A stretch of 64,000 bases of DNA from a phage. The stretch lies in the sequence record PV805632.1; one strand, 5' to 3'. The position numbers and the translations under genes were made by a program. This document shows, one piece after another, positions 26,217-37,500 of the stretch (position 1 is its first letter; every line of letters starts with the position of its first letter). The notes below the pieces were generated by a model. The model ran no database searches and was not told the origin of the DNA. It saw nothing but the letters and a program-made list of their open reading frames with translations.

Positions 26217-27174
26217 TGTCTCACTGGCTCTGGCTGTATGGCTATTACATGATGAGTATGATTATGTAGACAATCCCAAGTACCTGTCTGCTACTACATT
26301 GCTTAAGCCCATTAAGCAAATCGTCATGAAGCATCGTGTAGATTTTAGTGACCAGTCCATTGATGTTATGGATTTTGTTTCCACATCAATGGGTACTGGC
26401 TTACATGATTCTATCGAGAAAGCCTGGAAGCTAGGCCATAAGACTGCATTGAAGAAGCTAGGTTATCCTCAGCGAGTAATTGATGCAGTAGTCATTAACC
26501 CAACCAAAGAAGACTTTGCTGCTAACCCTGACCTTATCCCAATCTACATTGAACAGCGTGGAACCAAGCAGGTTAAGGGATGGACTATTGGTGGTAAATT
26601 CGACATCGTAACAGAAGGTCTGTTGCAAGACTTCAAGTCTACCTCAACCTATTCCTGGGTTGCTGGTTCCCGTGATGATGAACACAAGATGCAAGGCAGC
26701 TTGTACCGTTGGATTCACAACGACATCATTACTGAGGATGTCATTCGTATTAACTACATCTTCACCGACTTCATGAAACACATGGCTAACAGCAATCCGA
26801 ACTATCCTGCTAATCGTATTATGCATAAGGATATACCATTGCTATCTGTCGAGAAGACTGAGCGTTGGGTGGAAGAGAAGATTCACTTAATCGAAAAGTA
26901 CTGGGATGCACCTGAAGAGGAAATCCCTGAATGTACTGACGAGGAGTTGTGGCGAACAGAGCCACAGTTCAAATACTTCTCTGATGCTTCTAAGGTAGAT
27001 GTACCTGGGGCCAGAAGTACCAAAAACTTTGGCGATATGGCATCTGCCCGTATCTTCATGGCTGAAAAAGGTGGCAAGGGTGCTATCAAGGTTGTGGAGG
27101 GGCAGGTTAAACGCTGTTTATATTGCCCTGTCGCATCCATTTGCAAACAAAGAGAGAGATATTTTCCATCATGA
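26194..27174 (+). CDS. possible PD-(D/E)xK nuclease with C-terminal Cys cluster (Cas4/RecB-like), 326 aa
   Basis: FDIV...QDFK candidate catalytic motif and C-x2-C-x5-C near the C-terminus; motif-level only. Confidence 0.4.
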   Translation: MKVTNNHDVSLALAVWLLHDEYDYVDNPKYLSATTLLKPIKQIVMKHRVDFSDQSIDVMDFVSTSMGTGLHDSIEKAWKLGHKTALKKLGYPQRVIDAVVINPTKEDFAANPDLIPIYIEQRGTKQVKGWTIGGKFDIVTEGLLQDFKSTSTYSWVAGSRDDEHKMQGSLYRWIHNDIITEDVIRINYIFTDFMKHMANSNPNYPANRIMHKDIPLLSVEKTERWVEEKIHLIEKYWDAPEEEIPECTDEELWRTEPQFKYFSDASKVDVPGARSTKNFGDMASARIFMAEKGGKGAIKVVEGQVKRCLYCPVASICKQRERYFPS

Positions 27175-29324
27175 GCATTGACCTTACCGGAGTAGTGCAT
27201 CATCCAGCGATTGAAGAAATCGTAGATGTGCTCTGCAATAAAACCCAGAATAACGACCGGGGATTCTTCCGTGTCGAAGTAGCCTACTTCTTGGCTAAAA
27301 TGGCATCCTGCATGGGTGCAACCATCGTAACTAAAGACCGTGGTGACCTGCCGGTAAACATCTACGCTATGGCGTTGGCTACATCTGGTTTCGGTAAAGG
27401 TCACTCGGTAAATATCATTGAAGACGGGTTCATGACTGGCTTCCGTAAACGTTTTATGGAAGACACCATGCCCGTCATTGCAAATGACCGTTTATGGAAG
27501 ATTGCTAACGAACGTGCTGCTCGTCAGGGTACGGACCAGAATGATGAGTTCGATAAAGTTGAGGCAGAGTATAAGCGTGCTGGGGCATTCCCATTCACAT
27601 TCGACTCTGGTACAGCACCTGCTGTAAAACAGCTTCGTCACAAGCTGCTTATGGCTGGTTGTGGTGCTATTAACTTACAAATTGATGAGATTGGTTCCAA
27701 CCTCATTGCCAACGTTGAAGTTCTTAACCTGTTCCTTGAGTTGTATGACCAGGGGAAAGTAAAACAGAAGTTAACCAAGAACACTGCTGAAAGTATTCGT
27801 GGTGAAGAACTGGATGGTAAAACTCCTGCTAACCTGCTGCTGTTCGGTACTCCGAGTAAGCTGCTGGATGGTGGTCAGACCGAAGACCAGTTCTATGACT
27901 TCCTCGATACAGGGTATGCACGTCGTTGTCTATTTGCCATTGGGCACTTAGATAAACGAGCACATGCAACGATGACTCCGGAAGAAATCTACCATAACCT
28001 GATTAAGCAGGATAACGTTCAGTCTCTTGGTAAGTGGGCCAACCACTTCCATAGTCTGGCTGACCCAAACCTGTTTGGCTTTAAGATGATTGTGGAAGAT
28101 GCAGTGGGTATTGCTCTGATTGCTTACAAAATTGATTGTGAGAAACAAGCAGAGGCTATGGCTGACCACGAAGAAATTCGTAAGGCTGAAATCTCCCATC
28201 GTTACTTCAAGGCTCTTAAACTGGCAGGTGCATTGGCGTTTGTTGACCAGAGTTCATTCATTGAGATGTCTCACCTTAAACAAGCAATCCTGCTCGTAGA
28301 AGAATCTGGGGCAGCATTCCAGGGTATTCTCAATCGTGAGAAAGCCTATGTGAAGCTGGCTAAGTACATTGCCTCCGTAGGTAAAGAGGTTACTCATGCT
28401 GACTTGCTGGAGTCGTTACCATTCTATAAGAGTGGTAATGCAGCTCGTAATGAGATGATGACTCTTGCTACAGCATGGGGTTACAAACAGCACATCATTA
28501 TTAAGAAGACCTTCAATGAAGGTATTGAGTTCTTCCGTGGGGAGACTCTGAAAGAGACTGACACCAATGAGATGATAGTGGCATATAGTGATAGCTTTGC
28601 TTATGACTATGTTGGTGAACGTGTACCGTTTGACCAGCTACATGTATTAACCCAAGCTCCCGGTATGCACTGGGTAAACCATCACATGAAGAATGGGCAT
28701 CGTTCTGAAGAGAACGTTATTCCAGGATTTAACATGATTGTTATTGACTGTGATGGTGGAGTACCACTGCATACGTGCCATGAACTGATGAAGGAATATA
28801 AGTTCATGACCTATACCACTAAGCGTCATACCGATGAAGAGAACCGTTTCCGTTTGATTATTCCAATGAACTATGAGTTACACCTCGACACTGAGGAATA
28901 CAAAGAGTTCATGAATAACGTTATGGCTTGGCTACCATTCGAAACGGATGAGTCTGCTAACCAACGAGCTAAGAAGTGGATGTCCTGTGAGACTGGTTCC
29001 TATCATTACAACCTTGATGCGAATCTGTTGGATGTACGTGACTTTATTCCTCGTACCAGTAAGAACGAGCAGTTCCAGAACCAGATGAAGGAAGTTCAGT
29101 CGTTGGATAATCTGGAGCGTTGGTTCGCTGGTCGTATTGCCTCCGGTAATCGTAATAATCAAATGATTAAATACGCACTGGCATTAGTAGACAGTGGTTG
29201 GGACTTTGCTCAGGTACAGCAAGCCGTCTACTCATTCAATAAGAAACTGGCTAATCCATTACCAGATGATGAATTGAATTCAACCGTAATGGTCACCGTG
29301 GCTAAACGCTTCGCTGGCAAGTAA
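27171..29324 (+). CDS. primase-like replication protein (717 aa)
   Basis: ORF track 27123..29324 trimmed to ATG 27171 (ATGA overlap with upstream stop); VIDCDGG resembles a primase-polymerase DxD motif; position between polymerase and recombination genes. Confidence 0.4.
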   Translation: MSIDLTGVVHHPAIEEIVDVLCNKTQNNDRGFFRVEVAYFLAKMASCMGATIVTKDRGDLPVNIYAMALATSGFGKGHSVNIIEDGFMTGFRKRFMEDTMPVIANDRLWKIANERAARQGTDQNDEFDKVEAEYKRAGAFPFTFDSGTAPAVKQLRHKLLMAGCGAINLQIDEIGSNLIANVEVLNLFLELYDQGKVKQKLTKNTAESIRGEELDGKTPANLLLFGTPSKLLDGGQTEDQFYDFLDTGYARRCLFAIGHLDKRAHATMTPEEIYHNLIKQDNVQSLGKWANHFHSLADPNLFGFKMIVEDAVGIALIAYKIDCEKQAEAMADHEEIRKAEISHRYFKALKLAGALAFVDQSSFIEMSHLKQAILLVEESGAAFQGILNREKAYVKLAKYIASVGKEVTHADLLESLPFYKSGNAARNEMMTLATAWGYKQHIIIKKTFNEGIEFFRGETLKETDTNEMIVAYSDSFAYDYVGERVPFDQLHVLTQAPGMHWVNHHMKNGHRSEENVIPGFNMIVIDCDGGVPLHTCHELMKEYKFMTYTTKRHTDEENRFRLIIPMNYELHLDTEEYKEFMNNVMAWLPFETDESANQRAKKWMSCETGSYHYNLDANLLDVRDFIPRTSKNEQFQNQMKEVQSLDNLERWFAGRIASGNRNNQMIKYALALVDSGWDFAQVQQAVYSFNKKLANPLPDDELNSTVMVTVAKRFAGK

Positions 29325-29380
29325 GTAAACAGGAGTCTTTCTTTGGTTTGAAGGACTCCTAAACTAAACGAGGAAAAATA

Positions 29381-30133
29381 ATGTCCGAAGAAATCTCCAA
29401 TGATATGAACACTCAGCTAATTCTGATTGCAGGATTCTCAGCGAGTGGTAAATCAGCATCATTGCGTAATATCCGGAACCAGGATCGCTGGTTGTATCTG
29501 AATACGGAAGCAGGTAAGCGTCTACCTTTCCGTAATAAGTTCAACACCTACAACATTGAAGACCCATATCAGATTTGGGAAGCATTTGATGTTGCATCTC
29601 CGGGTGGTGAAATGGCAGACGATGTTGATGGTATCATTATCGACTCTGCTACCTTCATGATGGACATGCTGGAATCCCAGTATGTATTGCCATCTGCTAA
29701 TACCCAGAAAGCCTGGGGAGACTTTGCACAGTTCTTTAAAATACTGCTGCAACAAAAAGTCGTTAAGTTTGGTAAGCCAGTAATCATTACTGCTCATGCC
29801 AAAGATGAACTCGATGAAGCTGCTGGTGTGATGAAAACATTCATCCCAGTTAAGGGTTCACTGAAGAACAATGGCCTTGAGGCTTACTTCTCTACAGTGG
29901 TTTACGCAGAACGCGTAGACATTAAAGAGCTGGAGAAGTATGGCAACAAGATGCTTGATATTACGGAAGAAGAACGTGACTTAGGCTATAAGCACGTATT
30001 CCAGACACGTCCAACCAAGAAGTCTGTTGGTAAACGACTTCGCTCACCAATGGGTATGTTTGATAAGTCGCAGACTTATATTGATAATGATGCCCAAAAA
30101 CTCTTAGACCATCTGGCTGAATACTACGCTTAA
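29381..30133 (+). CDS. RecA-like/Sak4-like P-loop ATPase (250 aa)
   Basis: Walker A GFSASGKS, Walker B GIIIDSATF. Confidence 0.45.
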   Translation: MSEEISNDMNTQLILIAGFSASGKSASLRNIRNQDRWLYLNTEAGKRLPFRNKFNTYNIEDPYQIWEAFDVASPGGEMADDVDGIIIDSATFMMDMLESQYVLPSANTQKAWGDFAQFFKILLQQKVVKFGKPVIITAHAKDELDEAAGVMKTFIPVKGSLKNNGLEAYFSTVVYAERVDIKELEKYGNKMLDITEEERDLGYKHVFQTRPTKKSVGKRLRSPMGMFDKSQTYIDNDAQKLLDHLAEYYA

Positions 30134-30173
30134 GCGTTTGCCTGGTTGTTAATCACTTATTAGGAAAAATATT

Positions 30174-30977
30174 ATGTCACTGTTCGGTAACTTGAAAGAA
30201 AAGACCAAAAACGTTGAAGCTGCAAAAGACACTCTTGGTGGTGGTGGCTTCGGTGTGAAAGAATCTGATATCTACACCGGTACTGTAAAAGTAGCTTACG
30301 TAGGTAAAGCTGATTCTGGTGCAGACTGGATGCAATTAATCATCGAAAACCTGAAAGGTTCTGACGGCAATAATGCTGGTGAGTTCCGTGCTCAGGTGTA
30401 CTTTACTTCTGGTAATGCTAAAGGCAATAAGCCAACTTACGAGAAGAATGGTAAAGAATACTTCCTGCCTGGTTACACTGTCATTAATGACATGATGCTT
30501 ATGGCTACTGGTTGTGAACTGCCGGATGCAGACTTTGAAGAGAAGATTGTTAAAGTCTATGACTTCGATCTGAAAGCTGAAACCAACAAGTCTGTCATGG
30601 TTCCAGTTGACCTGGTTGGTCAGACTGTTACCTTCGCTCTGGAAAAGGTTCTGGAAGCTAAACAGGTTAAAGGTGACAACGGTTACGTTGACTCCGGTGA
30701 AACTCGTGAAGTAAACGAGATTCAGAAAGTGTTTCACCCGGAACTGCTGGTCACAGTCGTCGAGGCTCAGGAAGCAGAGAAGGCTGAGAAAGAACTGACT
30801 CCAGAACTGGCTGTATTCTATGGAGCATGGCTGGAAAAGAACAAAGGTAAAACCCGTGATAAGACCAAGGGTTCTGCTGGTGGCAATGGTAAAGGTGGAT
30901 TGCCTCCTAAACCAGGTGCAGGTGCTGGCACTGGTACTACTCCAGCTGGTGGTAAATCTCTATTCGGTAAGCGTTAA
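30174..30977 (+). CDS. putative single-stranded DNA-binding protein (N4 gp45-like by position and size), 267 aa
   Basis: size matches N4 SSB (about 265 aa, recalled) and sits next to recombination genes; Gly-rich C-terminal tail; no motif evidence. Confidence 0.35.
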   Translation: MSLFGNLKEKTKNVEAAKDTLGGGGFGVKESDIYTGTVKVAYVGKADSGADWMQLIIENLKGSDGNNAGEFRAQVYFTSGNAKGNKPTYEKNGKEYFLPGYTVINDMMLMATGCELPDADFEEKIVKVYDFDLKAETNKSVMVPVDLVGQTVTFALEKVLEAKQVKGDNGYVDSGETREVNEIQKVFHPELLVTVVEAQEAEKAEKELTPELAVFYGAWLEKNKGKTRDKTKGSAGGNGKGGLPPKPGAGAGTGTTPAGGKSLFGKR

Positions 30978-31531
30978 TGAAAATCCCAATTGTCGGCGCA
31001 GATATTAGCCTCCGCAATTGGGGATTAGCTCGTGGGATGCTGGACATTGAGTCCGGCGTCTTCGAGCAGGTCGAACTTAAACTGGTTCAAACTGAAGTTG
31101 ACCATAACAAACAAGTTCGAACCAACTCCAAAGATATACAAGCTGCCCATGATTTGTTTCTTGGTTGTGAAGAATGGTTACGGTCTGCTAAAGCAGTATT
31201 TGTAGAAGTACCAGTAGGCTCTCAGTCTGCTAATGGTATGAAGTCCTATGGTGTATGCGTAGGATTAATCGGTGCATTCCGTGCATTGGGTTGCCCAATC
31301 TTTGAAGTATCCCCAATTGAAAACAAACTTGCACTGGTCGGTGATAAAACTGCATCCAAAGACACGATGATTCGTGCTGCTCATGCCATCTATCCTGAAG
31401 CCAACTGGCTCACGGATAGTAAAGGTAAACTTCTGAATAAGAATGAGCACTTAGCTGATGCAATCGGTGCAATCCACGCTGGGGTAAATCTTCCAGCTTT
31501 CCAGAATCTCATTAAATTAATAAAGGCATAA
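30977..31531 (+). CDS. RuvC-like Holliday junction resolvase (184 aa)
   Basis: N-terminal acidic IVGAD and C-terminal EHLADAIGAIHAG resemble RuvC-family catalytic motifs. Confidence 0.45.
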   Translation: MKIPIVGADISLRNWGLARGMLDIESGVFEQVELKLVQTEVDHNKQVRTNSKDIQAAHDLFLGCEEWLRSAKAVFVEVPVGSQSANGMKSYGVCVGLIGAFRALGCPIFEVSPIENKLALVGDKTASKDTMIRAAHAIYPEANWLTDSKGKLLNKNEHLADAIGAIHAGVNLPAFQNLIKLIKA

Positions 31532-31532
31532 T

Positions 31533-31982
31533 ATGCAAATCGTTCTGAACCAGTCTGAAGTTGAAGCTGCTATTGAAGCTTATGTAAATGAGCAAGTTAA
31601 TCTTGCCGGGGACATTAATATCCTGGTGAATGCAGATGGTACTGCCACTATCGGTATTAATGAAGAGGCCGGTCATAGTGATGACACTCCCCCCGTGGTA
31701 GAGAAGAAGACTCGTCGTTCTCGTAAGAATCCACAAGAAGCCAAACACCGTCCGGTAGAACCGGAACCGGTTGTTGAGGATGAAGCTGAAGAAGAGGTAA
31801 AGGAAGAAGAAATCCAGACCTCTACTGGTGGTGTGAACGGGAGTTCTACGCCGGAACCTGAAGAAGTAGTAGCTGAACCAGAAGCACAAGAAGAAGTTGT
31901 GCAGGAGGAAGTTAAGGCAGAAGAACCAGCAGAGAAACCTGCTGCGAAGCCTTCACTGTTCGCTGGCCTAAAACGTAGTTAA
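31533..31982 (+). CDS. highly acidic protein with Glu/Pro-rich C-terminal half (149 aa)
   Basis: ORF track; composition only. Confidence 0.45.
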   Translation: MQIVLNQSEVEAAIEAYVNEQVNLAGDINILVNADGTATIGINEEAGHSDDTPPVVEKKTRRSRKNPQEAKHRPVEPEPVVEDEAEEEVKEEEIQTSTGGVNGSSTPEPEEVVAEPEAQEEVVQEEVKAEEPAEKPAAKPSLFAGLKRS

Positions 31983-32213
31983 TCTGGTAGGTGGCTCAGA
32001 AGCTGCTGCTAGGTGTGGTAGTGTTTATAGTCCTGATGCTACTACTGGTCAGGATTATAGACGTGTCGGCTCCATACATAGCTTTTATCATCACTGTCAT
32101 TATCCTGTGGAAATGCAGTGGTAAACACGGTGGTGACAAGCCGCCAGAATAACAACAACCGAACCAGTGGATTGGAATACTCTCCCCAGTCCATTGGTTC
32201 AACCGAGGCTAAT

Positions 32214-32384
32214 ATGAACAAATTTACTATTCACTGGCTCAATGGAATAGTTAGTTCTTTCATGGGTGGGGAACCTGTTGAAGGAAACAAAGCATTCCAC
32301 ATTGATTCAGAAGGCTGCAAAATCTTAGTACCATACGCTTGGTATAAGAATGGTGAAGTTGAAGCATTGAAAAAGAGCAGTTAA
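32214..32384 (+). CDS. hypothetical small protein (56 aa)
   Basis: ORF track 32118..32384; ATG 32214 with CCGAGG RBS preferred. Confidence 0.35.
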   Translation: MNKFTIHWLNGIVSSFMGGEPVEGNKAFHIDSEGCKILVPYAWYKNGEVEALKKSS

Positions 32385-32922
32385 TATCGTGAAGGGTTCT
32401 GTCAGAATCCTTTGAGATAGGAACTCCTATCATAACCTTTCTTAACTTAATCTTTGCCGTATGGCACTGACGCTAGGGGTGGCCCCCCATCCGTCAGACA
32501 GACTATTTTAAGAATAGGTTATCTCAGAAAATGTAAAGCAACATTCGGGTTAATCAATGGCCTCTTCTATAGGGGCCATTTCTGAATCTTAGGCTATATC
32601 CCAAAGGTTAGTATCTTTGGGATAAGGCTTCAGATCCCTTATCAAACTAACTGCTCAATGTTGAGTATATTAACTAACCAAGCCCAGTAAGGGGGCGGGA
32701 GTTTAATGCCGGTAAGCATAAGCCTATCCGTCTACGACATCGAACTGTTAGATCTTACGTGCAACATAGGGTAATGGGAGGATTCGTCCCCTCCCACCTA
32801 TTATGAACCAATTCGAAGTAGCACTGATTGATTAGCTGTGGAAGGTAGGCCGATGTCCACAAGCATGGCCCAGAATCAGTGCTACCCCTAATTGGAAGAA
32901 TTAAGACGGGTCTGGTGAAGTA

Positions 32923-33016
32923 GATGGGGTTCGATTCCCTCCGGTGGAGTAATCCACTAGCGTGCTTGGTGCACGAATAAGACTTAGTACTGGTGGTTCG
33001 ATTCCATCCCCCGTTA
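32923..33016 (+). other. tRNA-like element: two tandem consensus T-arm motifs (GGGGTTCGATTCCC at 32926-32939 and GGTGGTTCGATTCCATC at 32992-33008) that do not fold into canonical cloverleaves
   Basis: GGTTCGATTCC 11-mer twice, 69 nt apart, inside a 1.1-kb ORF-free region; a partner 5' acceptor strand is absent for the first copy, and for the second only as GATGGGG giving a 94-nt span. Confidence 0.25.
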
Positions 33017-33442
33017 CCCGAAGTCGCCAGGTACTTATGGCAAACAACGAGGTAGTAACGAACTAGTCATTCGTCAAACGCCTCACCTAATTATGAGTCA
33101 GCAAGAACGCCTTCACCTAAACTTAAACAAAAAAGCTTAACGCAATAATTATGTAGGGGTATGTAAGGATTGCGAAGAAGGAGCCAGTTAGAGCCTGGTA
33201 TGACTCACCTATTTAGCAGTAACATAGTCCTGATTGCATAGCACTCTAAAGACAACACTGGTAAGACAGTCCAGTGGCTGCTAATGTATAGTTATTCCCC
33301 TCGACGGGAATTTCGCTAGTGAAGGTAACACTTAAAAATCCAAACCTACGTCTTACTACTATCGGGCTATCAACCCACGGTCGCTTAACCCACTGGTGGT
33401 AGCAGTTTGACGGCCTGCCTCGTTGACTGCGTTAAAGTCACT

Positions 33443-33480
33443 AAGTCCCTCGGAGCCGTCACTCTGGGGGACTTTTTTAT
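33443..33480 (+). terminator. hairpin AAGTCCC...GGGACTT with TTTTTT
   Basis: 7-bp stem, large loop, T-run at the end of the ORF-free region. Confidence 0.35.
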
Positions 33481-33507
33481 TTGAGAACTACTTATGAGAC
33501 GTTTTAT

Positions 33508-33660
33508 ATGATTGACCTAATCTTAACCCCGTATGCCTATGAGGTAACGGATAACCGAGGACGTAAGTCTTTGGTGTTTGCAGGTAGCGTAGCCTATAAC
33601 AACGCAGTCATGTTTAAATACAAACTTAAACCACTCTATGAGGCTAACAATGGAATTTGA
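33508..33660 (+). CDS. possible small ORF (50 aa), not in ORF track
   Basis: manual translation MIDLILTPYAYEVTDNRGRKSLVFAGSVAYNNAVMFKYK...; overlaps start of next small ORF. Confidence 0.25.
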   Translation: MIDLILTPYAYEVTDNRGRKSLVFAGSVAYNNAVMFKYKLKPLYEANNGI

Positions 33661-33787
33661 TGATTTAGATTTTGAAGCTATTGAAAAGGCGAACCAGGAG
33701 AAGCTGGAACAGGCTAATCGTGAAGCTGAAGAGCTAGAAAACGCTAAAGGTAACAACGATTGCACGAGTGGTGGTTGCACCATTTAA
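33650..33787 (+). CDS. possible small acidic helical protein (45 aa), not in ORF track
   Basis: manual translation MEFDDLDFEAIEKANQEKLEQANREAEELENAKGNNDCTSGGCTI; codon usage matches the genome; preferred over antisense ORF 33523..33783. Confidence 0.3.
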   Translation: MEFDDLDFEAIEKANQEKLEQANREAEELENAKGNNDCTSGGCTI

Positions 33788-33860
33788 CAAACAAGTGTAA
33801 GGTAGTTTTTACCGAAAGGTACTGAACTACTTACGTAGTGAGGCTGTAATAGCCAAAACA

Positions 33861-33898
33861 AAGAAAGCCCCTCATTTGAGGGGCTTTCTTATTTATAC
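33861..33898. terminator. bidirectional intrinsic terminator (13-bp stem AAGAAAGCCCCTC / GAGGGGCTTTCTT)
   Basis: long perfect stem with T-runs on both strands, between convergent + and - units. Confidence 0.7.
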
Positions 33899-34495
33899 AG
33901 GATTTACTGTTTGAAATACCCTGACAGATACCTTAGTGAGTGTAATAGTTTGTCCACTAACGTTATGCATACCTAATTGTATGCCATTGACCATAAATGG
34001 GTCAGTGCTGCCCATGGTATATGTTGCAAGGTTTACTTCCTCGTTGCTTATATCATTACCCTGGAATTTAGAACTAAAAGCAGAACCCCTTATAGTTGTT
34101 CCATTGGGTCGTCTTGTTTGTGTTCTCCACTCTCTAACTGTCCCATCATCCCCGGCAATACTACCAGTAATCCGTACTACGAAAATTACTTGTGTATTGC
34201 CTTCTCTAGCAGGGAAGAGTAGATTGTTATCTAATATAGTAGTACCAGCAGTTCCTGCCGGATCCTTAGTTAAGCCTTCCAAACTAAAATAATTGAACCA
34301 GCTTGTATCAGTGATTGTCTGGCTTCCAGCCCAATCCCATATATCTAATAAAAAAGGATTTGGCAATTCTTTTGCCAAATCCTCGTCCGTTTTGGATGCA
34401 AGTATGCTTTTCCCCTTGTCTCCGATAAGGGTCATTCCACCCATAACCAAAGGCATTGCATCAAAACCCTGATCGTATTTGTCTTTAATGGTCAT
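33893..34495 (-). CDS. hypothetical protein downstream of the virion RNAP gene (200 aa)
   Basis: ORF track 33893..34531; start moved to ATG 34495 (MTIKDKYDQ) with GGGGA RBS, since 34531 lies inside the terminator hairpin. Confidence 0.5.
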   Translation of the reverse strand: MTIKDKYDQGFDAMPLVMGGMTLIGDKGKSILASKTDEDLAKELPNPFLLDIWDWAGSQTITDTSWFNYFSLEGLTKDPAGTAGTTILDNNLLFPAREGNTQVIFVVRITGSIAGDDGTVREWRTQTRRPNGTTIRGSAFSSKFQGNDISNEEVNLATYTMGSTDPFMVNGIQLGMHNVSGQTITLTKVSVRVFQTVNPV

Positions 34496-34523
34496 AAAGT
34501 CCCCGTAGATAATAATAAAAAGA

Positions 34524-34550
34524 AAGCCCACACTACTGGTGGGCTTTATT
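34524..34550. terminator. terminator hairpin AAGCCCAC-loop-GTGGGCTT with T-rich flanks
   Basis: 8-bp stem immediately after the virion RNAP stop. Confidence 0.6.
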
Positions 34551-34553
34551 TTA

Positions 34554-37500
34554 TCAATTTACAAGGTTTATCCAAGGGTTCAGGTTGTGAGCACGAAGAC
34601 CCTGACCAAAGCCCCATGAGTAATCCAGACTACCCTTAGCAGCAATACTAAAGATGTTGTCCTGAATAGGTAAGCCAACATTACCAAACATGGTAGGAGT
34701 TGGAGCCAACATCGCCATTGCTGCATGTACTGGGTTGTTACGAATCATGGACACTGCAACCTTAGCTGAACGAATCTTAAAGTTGTAGAACCACATCAAA
34801 CCAACGCTTTCCATATACCCACGGAAGCGACCAGGCAGACGGTCATAGTTAATGAACTCTTCGGTTACACGTCCCAGTGCTTCTTCACGAGTCTTACCTT
34901 TACGCTGGGTCAATTCATCATAGATGATTGCTTTAGCGATAAAGTCAGAGTACTCAACCGTCTTCTGGATACCCTGGAACAGAGCAGTATCCTTAGTGAT
35001 AAGTGCATAACGACCAGCAGCACGTACAGACTTAGGTAACTTATCCGCCAGCTTTTCCATGTATTCGTGAAGTTTACCTTCAGTAATCAGGATGTCATCA
35101 CGACCAATACCAGCATCTGCAATTGAAGAGAACTCACCAGCTTCTATCAGAGGCCAGATACTCATACGCTTATGGCTATCAGTAATGGACTGAATCTCAG
35201 CCTTAAGTTTACGAATCTGGTTCGGGTTAGTAGCTGCACGTAATTCTGCTTCTGCATCTACCTGACGTAAACGAGATTTAAGGTATTGGTTAATCTCAGC
35301 AGTCTTCCGTGGAATGCTCTTAGCAATGCTCTTAACCGGTACACCACGAGCAACCATCTGGTAAAGGTTAGCCAAAAAGTTAACAACAGGTACGACTACT
35401 GACTTAACTACAATCAGAGTCTTAGCATCTTTAACTAAATTTTGAACCAGGTTCTCACCACCCATTAAGTACTTATAGGCACGGTTACCGGCTAAACCCA
35501 GAATAGCTTTTTTAAAAGTATTAAGCGTTTCCGGGGACCAACGAGAATTACCAGACCAAGCATCACCAATCGAAGCTGCACGATAGCCAAGTGCATCATT
35601 CAGCATGTCACGACGTACCCACAGTTCACCCTCACCAAACAGTTTTTCTGCTTTCCGTCGAGTTTCACTGTTCATCAGCTTAAGAGCATCAGCAGTTACT
35701 GGGTCCAGTTTAGAACCAAAAAGGTTCACGTACTGGGACTTATTAGCAGCAGACATCTTAATGTCTTCCTTGTACATGCTATACAGGTTCTCAATCAGCA
35801 TATCGTTGAAACGCTGAGCCTTAGCTTCTTCCACCTGACGACCACGCCATACACCAATTGCACGGGCAAGATGATTTTCACCTTCAATATGCTTCAGCAT
35901 ATTAGGGTTAATTGATTCCTCATAAGCAACCACATCACCTTTAGCATTATATACGGGCAATAGTGGTTCATTACCACGTTCACCACGAGCTAGTGCTTTA
36001 GCGATACGGTCTACAGAAGGCTTGTCAGTAATACGACCAGCTACCATGGAACCCATCGTAAAGCCTGTACCGAGGTCTACACCACCAGCAGTATTACGAA
36101 CGTTCTGTAGAATACCTTGTGAGAACGGAGCCTGTGCCTGTACTGGGGCAAAGTAGTAGCTACGTGCCAGACCTCGGTTAGCAGAGCTACCTTGATAAGT
36201 ACTCAGACGTACATAGGACTTCTCTATCAAATCACCAAACTGGCTATCTTCAGCAACAACCAGACTAACACCCTGTTTAGTCTCACTAGGGATATACCCT
36301 TTGTACTGGTTCAGGGTTGCACGCATATTAGATTTGGCTTTAGCCATTTCATCTTTACGCTGCCCAACCAGGTAAGAAGTAGCAAAGTCCATTCCCTCAA
36401 CTTCTGTCTGAGCCAGTGAAGATAACATCTCACGGTCGGACTTGTTCATTGCTTCCAGTGCATACAGGGTAATAAGTTTATCCAGTTGAGCTACATCTAC
36501 AATAGAGCGAGTAGTCTTACGTTCACCTAACATACGAGAGATTGCAGTAGCATTCCGCAGCAAGTTTTTACCGACTGTGCCATTAATCATGTACTGAGCC
36601 AGTTGCTTAGATTTACGGTTAATCAGAGGCCAGTTACGACCAGCTTGTTTCTGCAAATCTGCTTCCAGCTTATTCACTTCACGGTCAACAATCTTCTGGT
36701 CAGATAGCAGGTCACGGATTTCAGCCAGAGACATGGTGTCACGCAGGACAGCTAAGTCAGTTTTACCCATACCAGTGTACATTGCTTTCCACTCATCCTT
36801 AGTCAGCTTACGGCTGAACTTAGATGCGATAGTGGTAGGCAGGTGTTCACGGAACTGCTGACGGTCAGCCTGCACCTGTGCACGAACTGCTTTAATCAAA
36901 TCGTATACAGAAGCATTACTCTTAGTACGACCGGTTAAGTCATTAACCAGGTCATGGAAAGGTTGCCATACTTTACCCTGGTTCATTGCAACCATAACGC
37001 CTTCAGCTACGTTTGCACCATTCTTCTCTGTAGCAATAGCAGCCATTAGTTGTGCAGCATGAGCAGCACCCTTAACCAATGGATTTTTGGTATTGGCTGC
37101 AACTTCACGAGCACTTTCTAAAACACGGGTAGACAGTACATCAATAGAGTCCACCAAATACTGGTTAGCACGGTCAATAGCATTACCACTAGGAGTAGCA
37201 ACGGAATCATAGAATGACTGTGCATTAAGGCTAGTCTGCATGATTGTTTGAGCCAGTGCATCCATACCTTCCTGTACGTTGGTAGCTTTAGTGTCACCTG
37301 CTACACGAGCATTCAGGCTTGCCATTGCAGCAGTACCAATGTTAGTCAGCATTGCATCGACGGTATTCCCAGATTTCTTATCTGCTTTCATAACAGGAAT
37401 GTTAGCCAGTACATTACGTACCTCTTCACTTACCATTGCCAGACCAACAAAGGTAGGCAGTATTGAAGAACGACCCTGCGCATCAAACTCAATATTGTTA

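Noticed and set aside
32923-33016. Canonical tRNA genes at the two T-arm motifs
   Set aside because: Could not find matching 7-bp acceptor stems, D-arms or 7-nt anticodon loops by hand on either strand; kept only as a tRNA-like element pending tRNAscan-SE/ARAGORN.
33523-33783. Minus-strand ORF of 86 aa
   Set aside because: Ser-rich mirror image of a codon-adapted + strand acidic ORF (33650..33787); lies before the bidirectional terminator where + strand transcription is still expected.
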